64,000 bases of DNA, taken from IMG/VR virus record IMGVR_UViG_3300028735_000003, positions 124,001 through 188,000 of that record; one strand, given 5' to 3'. Below, piece after piece: positions 37,977 to 49,229 of this stretch. Position 1 is the first letter of the stretch; each line of letters begins with the position of its first letter. The translations under genes and the position numbers were made by a program. Below the pieces are notes generated by a model, which saw nothing but the letters and a program-made list of their open reading frames with translations, was not told where the DNA came from and searched no databases.

Positions 37977-40900
37977 TCAAGCAGGTAGTATGTGCAAGAA
38001 AGGAACAAAATTATAGCTGTGAGCATATGTATCGCTTGGGCTACCATCACCATATGTAGACGGATTATTATAAGTAATTACCAATCTGACCATCTTACAA
38101 ATAGCTGCTTCTAATCCGCTTCCAGGAGATAGACTCAAATGTACTTCATAAACAAAATCAGAGGCTCCTTCAGATAATTCCGATGCTATATTGTTAGAAG
38201 ATAAATATGTAGCTTCTGTATTAGTGGTAGTCATACCAGTCATATAAATATAACTATGTGTAGACACATTATACAATTGTATTTGGGCAGTATTTGCAAC
38301 ATTAGTGGTCTCAAGTATAGCTTCCAGCTTAATTTCCTTTAAAGATTGACCAATGTATTTATCAAATCTAAATGGGAAAGCACCAATAACAGTTGGAGAA
38401 GCGCTATTATGAGAGAACACTCCAGCAGTACCATAAATATATACCGGATTCTTATAGTAGAAGCTTGGATCTAACTTACCATATCCATCAGTCTTAGGAA
38501 CTCTGTTAGCATCAAGTGTGCCACGAGAAAAAGATCTAACACCTTCTAGATCATAAACGAATTGATAACTTAATGCACCACCAGAACTCATTAATACTGT
38601 ACCATAAGGACCAGTATCATTAAGTCCTGTACCACCATGAATGATTGGTAACACACCAGTTACTTCTGTTTCAAGATCAATTAATGTGGATGGACCGCCA
38701 ATTGCAGGACCACTGAATACACTAATCAGTGATAATATATTCTGTACCTTAGCAGAATCAACAAATAAAGGAGTATTGTTAAATCCGCCTTTCTTAAGAT
38801 ATACGCTTATCTGAATCTTAGTACTTAGCGTTCGTAATACTAAATCTTCATATAAATTAGTGAAGTTAAGTGTCAATAAACCGTTCTCATAATCTACAGA
38901 AACCCCTATTTTACCATCAACAATGATACCTTCATATCCATCTCCAATACCATTAGTATTAGGAGAAAATGACTGTACGGCTACAGAAAATCTAACCTGA
39001 TCTTTAGTCAATGCATCAGATTGAACAAAAGAACAATCAGCGAATCTCATGGCTGGAAATCCAAGTTTGGTTAATCCAGTTGGTAATCCTGTTGTTCCAT
39101 CAAGTTCGCTAGCAATAAAGTCTTGTAATATATTTATTGTTTTTTCTGAAGAGTACAATCCATTTGGAATCTCAATAACAACAGTACCTACTTCGAAATC
39201 TACCTTATAGAAAGTGCCATCAGGTCTCTGAAGATCTCCTTCTCCAATAATAATGTTATTTGGGGCAAATATATCTATCTTACCAGGATCAAAGTCTGGT
39301 TGAGATGAAAATACATTACACAATATACCATCTAAAGAGCAAGGATGACTGCCTGCCCCAGACAATGTTGTAAATACGGTTGGAACTAATTTTGCTTTGC
39401 TGTTACATACTATTAGATTTTCGTTCCATGTTAATTGTTTTTGAACATTAAACGCGACTGGTTCTGTATAAAAGTTATGATTTGCAAAATAAGTATCTCC
39501 TTCAAATACATCTTGTGGTGGGTGTATCTCAGTAGGTCTTCCAGTAGATACTGAAGAATAATCGTCAGTTCTATCAATGAATTTTTCTACTTTAAGTCTT
39601 AATACATTAAACTTTGTGCCGATTTTTGTGTAAGGATCTGTGGTTGGAGCCGGATATGTTTGGAATGGGGACGAAACATGATGAACCCTATTTATGTAGT
39701 TTTGTACTAAATAACCATCTCCAATAGTTACGGCAAAATCTCCATTGATATCAGCGCGAAGCATCTGAGCAATAGTATCTCCAGTAAGTATAACTTTTCG
39801 GATGGTTAATACATCTGATGTTCCATCAACGCCAACAATATCAAAAGCCCCCTTGTTAGTTAGGTCTGAAGGAGAAACAATTACTAATTTATAGCTTGAA
39901 ATCCCTATAATTGAACTAAAATCTATAGTGGAAGATGTAAACAAGCCTATTCTTTCATCATTAGGATCTGCAAGTAATACTCCATCTAATGCGCTAGCAA
40001 CTACTGACCCATATCCATCAATTAATTGGAACTCTAAACCAAATGCATTATTAAATGGATTGATGTAGGCACTGTAACCGTTAGTATATGTAGTAGTGAT
40101 TCCATCAGTTGTAACAATTGAATCTTGTGGTAAACCTGTATTAAAATTGAAACCAAGATATGATACTAACAAATCAAGATCTGTTGAATCTATGATGCCA
40201 TCTCCGTTGACATCACCTACAATCATAGAGCACAATCTAGCGTCAGATACACGATAATATATATTTGGTCTATCGGCATCTGGAGTAATCTTAGCATCTA
40301 CAAAATCACCATTTAATAAATTATATTCTAAATTAATAACAGACGTATCATATCTTCCTGTATCAGTTTGATCTGTTACAATCCTTATTAAGATTTCATC
40401 TCTAGCAAAAGTTGCAGCATGTAAATTAGAAGCAAATACTGAGCCGGCAGGGTCGAAAGATTTTTTATTTTTATCTGATATGGCACCCAGTATTAATGGC
40501 TCAGATGCAGCTTCGAGATTTACAATATCGGTTGAATTAAGCAATCTTATTTCAGGCACGTATTCTTGTCTTGAATCAACTGGTTGCCCAGTTCTTTGAT
40601 CAGGAATAGGTACACTCTCCAATGTTGTTGCTGACAAAACTGCTCTATATACATCATTCCCCGTAAATTGCAAACCTTTATACGAATAGTCTACGGTTGC
40701 TTGTGTAGTAGTGTCCACCGTAGTCTTAGGTATAATAACACCGTGTCCTGTATCATATCCTTGACCATCCGAGATCTTTGCGGCAGATGTCCAAATTCTG
40801 AACCATAAATCTTCTTCTGGTATGTCAACCCACAATGTTCCAGTAAATGTGGTAATTCTGGAATTATCAAGCCTATTAGAACCATTATCAATTAGAATAT

Positions 40901-42020
40901 CACATTTATTTGCAGAACCAGAGCGTTTAAGTGTGAAAGCGTAATAATTTCCAACAGTTAAAGCTGCTCCTGCTGCAATCGGGCTATTACTAAACACAAA
41001 ATCTACTGGTTGTGGAACAGAATTACCATAGCCATCATCTAATACAACACCCATTGCTTTTAAGCTGTCATAGTTAACACTTATTTGAGCAATAGGCATA
41101 TTAGTTGGGGCAAAATCTATTGCCAAATCAGGAGCTACATCAGATGGGCACTCTATACTAGTTTGTAGAGGATACACACTTAGAACCAAATCACCAGTCC
41201 ACGCTAAATCAGTTTCGGACCCCGGCTCAAGGTTTCTAACAGATAATAATAATGTGATCTTTTGAATATTATTTGTAGTTGCGATGAACTTTTGACCTAT
41301 TTGTGTAGTAACATCACCGTGTGACAATACCTTTTGGTCTTTACTTCCGGTATATATTCCAAGAGTATCTATATTATAGTATGGCAAAGCAGCCTGTAAT
41401 GCCGTTGATAGTGATAAAGTGCCGTTGAAGAACATATCCCTAAAAAACAAGTTTGGTTCAACGTCCTGTGCTAGCATAATTGCACTACGCGATAACGTCA
41501 TAGGGTTTGCCTCTCTAATCACTATTCGTCCACCAAGATTTAATGATAAAGAGGGATCACCAATAAAATCGTTAAACAATAATACTAAAATTTTAGTAAA
41601 ATGTTTTTGACCAACTTGAATCTCATTGGTTTTGAATACAAATGTCTCAAATTGTAAGTTACTTTCAAAGTCTAACCCTATTACTGCGATTTTTACAGTT
41701 TTTCTTCCTGCCGCTAGTGAATTGGTCAGTTCAATTTCTAATTGATTTCCAAAATTACTATCTGTTGGTTGGGATATCCTATAATCAGTGTTAGATGCCG
41801 CCCTAGCATCACCATCTAGATATCCGCTAACTAGAGAAGAGTCAAATAATACATTCTGAACCAACGCCTCTGGCAATACACCAGAACCAATGTGGTTATT
41901 TATGATACCTGATTGTATTGTATCATTATAGCCTTGTTCTAATGTCAAATCTGAGTCATCGACTTGCTCGGCGTCGAACCAAATATTTTTAATGGCGGAA
42001 ACAGGATTTCTTTTTGTCAT
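37977..42020 (-). CDS. Large baseplate-associated/fibre protein with dockerin-like EF-hand repeats, 5 DGY motifs
   Basis: Follows the baseplate wedge genes. GDVNGDGIIDSTD and ADINGDFAVTIGD repeats; fibre-type GVLPIIHGGTG motif; C-terminal domain shared with the collagen proteins. Confidence 0.65.
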   Translation of the reverse strand: MTKRNPVSAIKNIWFDAEQVDDSDLTLEQGYNDTIQSGIINNHIGSGVLPEALVQNVLFDSSLVSGYLDGDARAASNTDYRISQPTDSNFGNQLEIELTNSLAAGRKTVKIAVIGLDFESNLQFETFVFKTNEIQVGQKHFTKILVLLFNDFIGDPSLSLNLGGRIVIREANPMTLSRSAIMLAQDVEPNLFFRDMFFNGTLSLSTALQAALPYYNIDTLGIYTGSKDQKVLSHGDVTTQIGQKFIATTNNIQKITLLLSVRNLEPGSETDLAWTGDLVLSVYPLQTSIECPSDVAPDLAIDFAPTNMPIAQISVNYDSLKAMGVVLDDGYGNSVPQPVDFVFSNSPIAAGAALTVGNYYAFTLKRSGSANKCDILIDNGSNRLDNSRITTFTGTLWVDIPEEDLWFRIWTSAAKISDGQGYDTGHGVIIPKTTVDTTTQATVDYSYKGLQFTGNDVYRAVLSATTLESVPIPDQRTGQPVDSRQEYVPEIRLLNSTDIVNLEAASEPLILGAISDKNKKSFDPAGSVFASNLHAATFARDEILIRIVTDQTDTGRYDTSVINLEYNLLNGDFVDAKITPDADRPNIYYRVSDARLCSMIVGDVNGDGIIDSTDLDLLVSYLGFNFNTGLPQDSIVTTDGITTTYTNGYSAYINPFNNAFGLEFQLIDGYGSVVASALDGVLLADPNDERIGLFTSSTIDFSSIIGISSYKLVIVSPSDLTNKGAFDIVGVDGTSDVLTIRKVILTGDTIAQMLRADINGDFAVTIGDGYLVQNYINRVHHVSSPFQTYPAPTTDPYTKIGTKFNVLRLKVEKFIDRTDDYSSVSTGRPTEIHPPQDVFEGDTYFANHNFYTEPVAFNVQKQLTWNENLIVCNSKAKLVPTVFTTLSGAGSHPCSLDGILCNVFSSQPDFDPGKIDIFAPNNIIIGEGDLQRPDGTFYKVDFEVGTVVIEIPNGLYSSEKTINILQDFIASELDGTTGLPTGLTKLGFPAMRFADCSFVQSDALTKDQVRFSVAVQSFSPNTNGIGDGYEGIIVDGKIGVSVDYENGLLTLNFTNLYEDLVLRTLSTKIQISVYLKKGGFNNTPLFVDSAKVQNILSLISVFSGPAIGGPSTLIDLETEVTGVLPIIHGGTGLNDTGPYGTVLMSSGGALSYQFVYDLEGVRSFSRGTLDANRVPKTDGYGKLDPSFYYKNPVYIYGTAGVFSHNSASPTVIGAFPFRFDKYIGQSLKEIKLEAILETTNVANTAQIQLYNVSTHSYIYMTGMTTTNTEATYLSSNNIASELSEGASDFVYEVHLSLSPGSGLEAAICKMVRLVITYNNPSTYGDGSPSDTYAHSYNFVPFLHILPA

Positions 42021-42065
42021 GTTGATCTCATATAATATGTATTAAGATTAGTTACATACGCCATT

Positions 42066-45000
42066 TTATCGTGTGTATTGTATGTAGACCTTGCTATTGG
42101 CAGGTTTGAGTGTCTTTATGAGCTTTTCCAGAACCTCTTGAACCTTTACACTGCTATTTACTATACCGAAAGAATCAAAAATATTAATGGAGAAGTCAAA
42201 CGCGCCAGTATTTCTATTAATAATGGTCGTAAAATCTTCATTTTTAATATTTGTTGAGTCGCTATCCAATAGATATGTTGTGTACAAGTCCTTAGTCACC
42301 GGGTACACTATATTTAAGTTGCTATTGTAATTAACATCAATTGGCTCACCATATGGGGAATAAACTGGTCTTGATATGTTGCTAATTCTGAGATTATTTA
42401 TCAACCCGAATAGCTTATTCGAACCAGTATACTGAGAACCAATATATAACGTATGTATTGGATCTTTAAATCTAATATTTCCAACGATGTTGGAGCCAAA
42501 TCCAACTCTAACAGAGCCCATAACAGTAGGAGAGTTTCCGAATACTAATCCAGACCCGAATAAAATACTTGAATCATTGCCATATTCGTAACCATCAAGG
42601 AACAAACTTATTTCATCTTGACCCTTACCACCATTTATCTTATATCCTACCCTAACACGATGCCATGTATTTCTGACCCAACGTGTTGGGGCACGGACAA
42701 CATAATCAGTTCCAGATGCTGAGATTGCAAAATTAATATATCCAAATTCATCCTTGTATATTGCCATCCTATCGCCCTGCATTCCATTAGGGATATATTT
42801 TACAAGAACTTTAGACTTTTGTGCTGGCAATTTTCTGTTTAATCTTATTATTTGTGTATTTAGAGTCACATTGTTATTTTGTAGTGTTTGATAAGTAACA
42901 GTAACCTCTGTATTTGGATCTGGAAGTGTTTTGGCTAAATAAATTGTCTTTCTATCTGGTCCAATAGAACCTCCAGCAAAGTAATCAGTTGCAGAATAAT
43001 CTCCTGGTATCTTAACGGATATTATTTGCAATATTGGTAAGTCTACTTCTACGACTGTTGCGGAAGTGCTTGTATAATTTCTCATGACAGCGCGCTGAGT
43101 ATCAATTTCAACCTTCCCGCCAGCAAAATAATCAATCTTTGGATCGCCTGATTTTAACGTGACGCTTAGAACTCTATCAACCGTATGAGGCAATTTTACA
43201 GATACCAAGTCTGTGCTGACTGCTTCTTCTATTACTGCACTGGTAGCGTCAAAATAGAATCTTGTTACAGGATCATTTGCGGTATCATATAATGGACATG
43301 TCCAAAATTCTATAGTACCCTGCTTTCTAAAATCTAATATTCCATCATTACCCAAAATCATAGGCTCTGATATGATAGCTAAGCTATCCCCGAAATTCTC
43401 ATTGACCTTGGCAGAAGAATGGAACTGTTGTTTGTCAGTGTAAGTATTGATATAGAAATCAGCCTCATTTGTGAACGGATATTTGTCAAAATTAATCAAC
43501 ATTAAAGTGTCGCTATCTTTCTTAAGAGGCTTTATAGAGTTAAAGTCTTTCGTAACAGATCTTTGATTACTACTTACTTGTTCTCCGATTCTTGTATCAG
43601 TAAGCATACTAGAATAGACTTTTGTCTGACCTATAATTGCATTTATTTGGTTTCCGCCAAACATGTCTGACCCCAAGAATACATCTCCGCGTGGCAAATC
43701 TAATTTAATTCTAGCGTATGTTTGATAGTCAACCTCATAAAATCCATGAGATAACATGTAGGCAGTACTTGGTAACAAACCAACTTCTAGAGTTATGAAT
43801 CCATTCTGTAAACCGCTTCTGTAATCACTAACATTTAGAATCTGATACACACCACCAGTAAAAGTTGGTATTGGATAAGGAGGATATGGTCCCGCTGTTG
43901 TTGCTTCTATTGTAAGTGTCTTTTTATCAGAAGAAACACCAAGTATTCTATAGAATCCAGCGGCTATTAGTGGGGATTGAATTACTAAATACCCACCAAC
44001 ACAATGATCACTGAATGTATAATATCCATCTGATACAGTATTAGAGCCTGTACTATACAGAGTAGTTCCTGTGCCAATTTGATAACTATATCTAACAACA
44101 GGCGCTAACCCACTGAATTCACTGTATGTGATTGGATATTTCTCTCTAACATCCAAAACAAGAGCATTCTTGGAAGAATTGATTGGTCTGGCAACAACAT
44201 TAATATAGTTTATAGAAATATATGGATTTGTAAAATCCAAGGTACCATAATCATCAAAATATATAGTTTCACTTACGGTATAAACCCCGGTTACTCCATT
44301 TATAGTAACTGCCACCGGTGTTGAGAAATCTACATTATTACCAGATATTGTGACACTGATTGTTCTACCAAATTGACTATTTGAAGGATGTGTACAAGGG
44401 AAATTAATTGAATGAAACTCTCCCCCAATAAGCGTAGAATTTGAAGGACCTATGGCTGAAGCATATCCGTCATTCAATATTAGTTTAGTTATATGCAATT
44501 CATCTAGAGATATTGGAGGAGGCATCCTGGTCATAAGAATATTTTCACGTTCGTCACTCCAAACATAATATTGCTTTTTAATTCTCCTATGATTCAATCC
44601 AAGTGTTCTGATTAGAATCAAATCATTAGCAAAAACAGAATTAGAAATAGTTAGTATATTGTTGAAATATCCATCTTTAGATATTGAGTATGATGGCCTT
44701 GTTGCTCTTACACCCGGTATTTCGATTTCATCATTTGAATAAATATTAAATTCTACATTACTCAACGCCACTGGCAAATCGCCAGATATTTTTAATGAAT
44801 TATTAGATACCTGCAAAATAACATAAGTAATTGGCAGCGCAGGATCATTAATTCTGATCGAATAACCAGCCAACACACCCGCTGTAGTAAAATTAATTGA
44901 TCCAGATGTTACAATATTTGTATTTATAGAACCAGATAAATCAGATCCAGAAACCATAGAACTAATTCTGGTAATTTGAATATTGGAGGCAATATCAATA

Positions 45001-48000
45001 TCTGATTTTACTATATATTTTGTTCTATTTATTGAATATCTTCCGTTTGTGATAGACGCTGGCATAGGCTGTGCCAATGTAAGTGTCTGACCGAAAACTG
45101 TTATTATTGTATAACCAGATTCGTCAAATCCAACTTCATCAATAAATATCTTATCTCCACTAAATATATTGTATGCACTAAAATCAACGCTTGATGATAC
45201 TGTATATCCATCCAGCGTTGTTACTAAATCAGTGCTGGCAATGATATCTCTATTAGAGAGCCCCAAAACCTCTTCCGGATCTACTGTTCTGAAATTTTCA
45301 TGTAAATAAGGTTGTAATTTTTGCCCATATTTAACTATATTAGGAACCTCAAAACCATCGATAAACAAATGCATTTCATCTCTGCTATCAATTGTATTTA
45401 GTTTCCATGATACCGCAACATGATGCTGGTCAAATGCCTTCCATGAAGATATGTCTGCACTGACATTGTATTGTACGCAATCTCTGTCTATAGTTCTAAA
45501 GTTTAAATAGCCTCCCGAATCTTTAAATATCGACACTCTGTTGCGTAATGCGCTCTCACCAAAATCCAATAAATAATGTGGGAAATCAGACAAAAATGTT
45601 ATAGCGCTATCTATAGGAGAACCACCTGTTATGTTTATAGTTATACTATTGGCTCCAGTAAACATACTTAAATTTGGTGGTTTAGGCAACACAACAGATT
45701 TTGCATCATAAATTGTGCCCGGGGTAGTAATCTTAATATTATAAGTAGAGCTAGTAGAATTAACATATCCATCTATTACTTCAACATACCATCTAGAAAA
45801 ATCTCCAGACACATCCTTATCGTAATATATAAAGACGCCATCTTTATTATTATTCGGATATCCGTGCGCTATAGATAGTTTATTTAATGTAAATAGACCA
45901 TTAACTATAACTGGGTGGTCTTCAGAAGCGCCAATAAATACCTCTCCTGGATCAATTGTAGAACCATTCTTCAAAATATTAAATGTCAAATCTGCATCAT
46001 TATCAAGACCATTCCACTGTGGCGTAATCCAAGTTTCAAATGTCCCCTCTTCTAATTTGATATTGGAATTTAATGGAAAAGTTATGGTTTGATTCGGTGC
46101 ATTTACCAACACACCATTATAGAACTTAGCTGGCAATAAACTGAATTCACCGGTTGTAGATATATCTCTTGGATTTAGAAGGCTATTTCCTAGTGACCAC
46201 CCACCAAATACAGACTCAATAATCTCTGGAGTAATATGAGATATTGTTTTGCCAATATTTTTCATGGCAGGAATGGTTGGTCCCTGTATGAATGAAGATA
46301 ACGCAGCCATTAAAGCTTCTCGATACCTCTCTCTATCAAAATCTATGTCAAAAGTTGTTAACTCTGGTATGTTGACTAAATTACCAAAATTCCTATACAA
46401 TGCATCTCTTAGTGCTCCAGCCTTATATGATACATAATATGTGGTGTTGGTTTGCAAACTATTTGTTGAACGAAAATCTAGTACGTTATCACCATATTCA
46501 TAACTAAGAATCAGCTCATCAGCCAAATAAGTATAATCAACGAAATAATCACCTTTATTATAGTCAACCATTACAGAAGATAAATCTTTAATTGCAAATG
46601 AATATGTTATACTGACTGTATCACCTAATACTGGAGAACCTGTTCCGGATAACACTAATTTTAATGGATTGCCTGGCACTACTGTTCCAGAATAATCCCA
46701 TAATTCTTGAGAGTCAGATATTCTAATCACGCTATATGTATATGTTATATTTGGAGAAATATAAGGTATATTTTCATTTATGTTTACATAAAAATCGGTG
46801 CCATCAAATAAAACATTATCAAATGTTTGTTTTGAAATTGTATCTACATATATATTAAAATCTGAATTAGTAGAATTAATAGCAAAGTTAATTGGTGCTT
46901 TGCTGTTCTTTAGGTCAGACATCTCATATATTGCTCTGACAAATTTTATTTGATTTGTTACACCAGCAACGAAAGCAGAATCCACAAATGAGCCAATTTG
47001 TCCTGAGTATAAGTAATATTGGGTAGTATTATTATCATTTAGGAATAATTCATCGGTATATTCCAATGTACTTGGAACTATCGAGCCATCTTCAAACGAC
47101 AAATAACTAAATGATTTACTCTTCGATACCAATGTATTAACTCTATAGTAGATATCTTCAACCGATATAATATGCGGATTGTTTGGAGAAATATTATTTG
47201 TTTTATATGTTGCTTCACCAATAATATTGTTTTGTGTAGCAGATACTGCGCAATAAATTATCCCATTAATATAATCTATTAAGTAATCTCCGATAGATTG
47301 CAAAATATCTAAATTAGTTTCGGCAGATTGCCTTCTATCAAACCAACGTTCAGAAACAAATATGTTTGGCTTAGAAAAGCTTACGCTTGAGTTAAATGCG
47401 TATCCAATTCCATCTTCAGTGGCAGATACTAACATATTATTTTTTAAAAAGATCTTAAATATTCTTAATCCGCCAGTATTGAATACTGTATCATTCACGA
47501 ATAACATCTCATTTGCTTCCGTTGCAAACGAAGCTCGTTCTCCGATCTGAGCATTAAGTCGCGGCGGATTTCTATACTTAAAATAGATCTTATTATCATT
47601 CCATCTAGTTACATTGTAGATTTCGCCAGAAGTTTCGTTGTATACTCTAAATACATTTGTTATTGGGTAATTTAGTGTTTTAACTACATTTAAAGCCAAC
47701 AATCTATTTTGGGCTCGTTCTGTTAAAGCCTCTTGATGTAATGCTGATTTGTAATCTATTCCTGGTACTAATACTTCTTCATATGAAAAAGATATTGTTC
47801 CACCGAAATTTACTAAACTTCCATTAGGCAAAGCCACAATTTCAAACGTACTTGGATCGTATGTATAATCGATTTCCGATTGATATGTAAATCTATACTT
47901 ATATGTTGCAAGAGGGGGGAAAGCTCCCGTACCGTCATTATTTAGATCAGCACCGAATACATAAACTGTTCCGGTACTATAATCAATAGAATATTGTCCA

Positions 48001-49229
48001 ACAGCATTTGGTAGGGCATTTAATCTAAATGGAATTTCGGTAATAAAAGCAGGATGTTTCGCGTTAGGAGTATTGTTGTTTGGGTCTGTAAATACTACTC
48101 CACCCAATGTAGGAATAGAATTATCAGAGTATATTATTGGAGCGTGTTTTAGTGTAAAAACATTTATTATTGGTGGTAATGTTTCACGAATTGAATCTTC
48201 TGCAGTATATACGACAACACTAGTTTCATCAATTACCCTACCCAAGTCTTTATATTCGTATGTAACAACTATTTTTAATATATTTTCAATATCAAAAAGA
48301 GAGTCTTCTAAAATTGATGGGTTTATTTTTATTTGATTATTATCTAGTTGAGAATAAGTAGATGCATAATCTTGATCATATCTTGAATCACTTATTTGAT
48401 ACCCGAGCGTAGAGATATTATATGTAAATATTGGCGTTGCTGATTTTATTGTAAATACAATACTAGTAACTCGTGTTACTGGCTTATTAGCCAAATTAAG
48501 TACAAATGTATTTATATTAAATTTACCAATCTCATCGCTTGAGCCGGCATATAAAGTTTCAACCGCATGCTGTTTTTGTAGTGTTATTGGATAAAATGGC
48601 GTTGTATCATACACAAATGACATTGTTGCATTAGTACCAGTAGGTGTTCTTGATACTCTCTCTAATTTATAGGCGCCTTCTTCATTTAACCTATCAAATG
48701 GTCCAGCTCCGCGAACTTTTATCTCATCAACTACATCAATAGACAAATAGTTTTCATTTTTTACCAAGCCGATATCATGCAATGCCCTGGATAAATTAAC
48801 CGATAACGCTTGTATGTATTTATTGATTACTGTATTAGAATCGTCAATATTATAAATATTGTCTCTTAGATAACTTATCAAATAATTCTTAAACAAATCG
48901 TCAGATGGTAGCGGTCCTATTATCATATATTTATTTGCAACGCCATCTTCTAATAGTTTTGCGTCTCCATTTAGAGAAATAAATGGGGATGTCGGTGTTG
49001 ATTGAAATTTAAGATAATAATAACCATAAGGAGTTAATGGTTGGCAGGCTATACTTAGTGTAGCGCCACTAACTTTTATTTCTAAAACGTTTGATGTCGC
49101 ACTTGTGTCTATCTCTGATACTATAGATACATTGTATGTTGATAATTGTTGAGTTAAGTAATGTGTAAATTTTACAACTATATTTGTACTATCAACAATA
49201 TCAACATTTACAATTCTAAGATTTTCCAT
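42066..49229 (-). CDS. Giant baseplate wedge-like protein with LamG/concanavalin-like domains, 6 DGY motifs
   Basis: Coupled to the baseplate-J gene. DRERYREAL...GPT and terminal KPAN resemble P2 gpI/T4 gp7-type proteins. LamG motifs GT.E.W, HHVAVSW/WHRVRV, LF.DG, LYIGS, NLRIS. Confidence 0.65.
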   Translation of the reverse strand: MENLRIVNVDIVDSTNIVVKFTHYLTQQLSTYNVSIVSEIDTSATSNVLEIKVSGATLSIACQPLTPYGYYYLKFQSTPTSPFISLNGDAKLLEDGVANKYMIIGPLPSDDLFKNYLISYLRDNIYNIDDSNTVINKYIQALSVNLSRALHDIGLVKNENYLSIDVVDEIKVRGAGPFDRLNEEGAYKLERVSRTPTGTNATMSFVYDTTPFYPITLQKQHAVETLYAGSSDEIGKFNINTFVLNLANKPVTRVTSIVFTIKSATPIFTYNISTLGYQISDSRYDQDYASTYSQLDNNQIKINPSILEDSLFDIENILKIVVTYEYKDLGRVIDETSVVVYTAEDSIRETLPPIINVFTLKHAPIIYSDNSIPTLGGVVFTDPNNNTPNAKHPAFITEIPFRLNALPNAVGQYSIDYSTGTVYVFGADLNNDGTGAFPPLATYKYRFTYQSEIDYTYDPSTFEIVALPNGSLVNFGGTISFSYEEVLVPGIDYKSALHQEALTERAQNRLLALNVVKTLNYPITNVFRVYNETSGEIYNVTRWNDNKIYFKYRNPPRLNAQIGERASFATEANEMLFVNDTVFNTGGLRIFKIFLKNNMLVSATEDGIGYAFNSSVSFSKPNIFVSERWFDRRQSAETNLDILQSIGDYLIDYINGIIYCAVSATQNNIIGEATYKTNNISPNNPHIISVEDIYYRVNTLVSKSKSFSYLSFEDGSIVPSTLEYTDELFLNDNNTTQYYLYSGQIGSFVDSAFVAGVTNQIKFVRAIYEMSDLKNSKAPINFAINSTNSDFNIYVDTISKQTFDNVLFDGTDFYVNINENIPYISPNITYTYSVIRISDSQELWDYSGTVVPGNPLKLVLSGTGSPVLGDTVSITYSFAIKDLSSVMVDYNKGDYFVDYTYLADELILSYEYGDNVLDFRSTNSLQTNTTYYVSYKAGALRDALYRNFGNLVNIPELTTFDIDFDRERYREALMAALSSFIQGPTIPAMKNIGKTISHITPEIIESVFGGWSLGNSLLNPRDISTTGEFSLLPAKFYNGVLVNAPNQTITFPLNSNIKLEEGTFETWITPQWNGLDNDADLTFNILKNGSTIDPGEVFIGASEDHPVIVNGLFTLNKLSIAHGYPNNNKDGVFIYYDKDVSGDFSRWYVEVIDGYVNSTSSTYNIKITTPGTIYDAKSVVLPKPPNLSMFTGANSITINITGGSPIDSAITFLSDFPHYLLDFGESALRNRVSIFKDSGGYLNFRTIDRDCVQYNVSADISSWKAFDQHHVAVSWKLNTIDSRDEMHLFIDGFEVPNIVKYGQKLQPYLHENFRTVDPEEVLGLSNRDIIASTDLVTTLDGYTVSSSVDFSAYNIFSGDKIFIDEVGFDESGYTIITVFGQTLTLAQPMPASITNGRYSINRTKYIVKSDIDIASNIQITRISSMVSGSDLSGSINTNIVTSGSINFTTAGVLAGYSIRINDPALPITYVILQVSNNSLKISGDLPVALSNVEFNIYSNDEIEIPGVRATRPSYSISKDGYFNNILTISNSVFANDLILIRTLGLNHRRIKKQYYVWSDERENILMTRMPPPISLDELHITKLILNDGYASAIGPSNSTLIGGEFHSINFPCTHPSNSQFGRTISVTISGNNVDFSTPVAVTINGVTGVYTVSETIYFDDYGTLDFTNPYISINYINVVARPINSSKNALVLDVREKYPITYSEFSGLAPVVRYSYQIGTGTTLYSTGSNTVSDGYYTFSDHCVGGYLVIQSPLIAAGFYRILGVSSDKKTLTIEATTAGPYPPYPIPTFTGGVYQILNVSDYRSGLQNGFITLEVGLLPSTAYMLSHGFYEVDYQTYARIKLDLPRGDVFLGSDMFGGNQINAIIGQTKVYSSMLTDTRIGEQVSSNQRSVTKDFNSIKPLKKDSDTLMLINFDKYPFTNEADFYINTYTDKQQFHSSAKVNENFGDSLAIISEPMILGNDGILDFRKQGTIEFWTCPLYDTANDPVTRFYFDATSAVIEEAVSTDLVSVKLPHTVDRVLSVTLKSGDPKIDYFAGGKVEIDTQRAVMRNYTSTSATVVEVDLPILQIISVKIPGDYSATDYFAGGSIGPDRKTIYLAKTLPDPNTEVTVTYQTLQNNNVTLNTQIIRLNRKLPAQKSKVLVKYIPNGMQGDRMAIYKDEFGYINFAISASGTDYVVRAPTRWVRNTWHRVRVGYKINGGKGQDEISLFLDGYEYGNDSSILFGSGLVFGNSPTVMGSVRVGFGSNIVGNIRFKDPIHTLYIGSQYTGSNKLFGLINNLRISNISRPVYSPYGEPIDVNYNSNLNIVYPVTKDLYTTYLLDSDSTNIKNEDFTTIINRNTGAFDFSINIFDSFGIVNSSVKVQEVLEKLIKTLKPANSKVYIQYTR

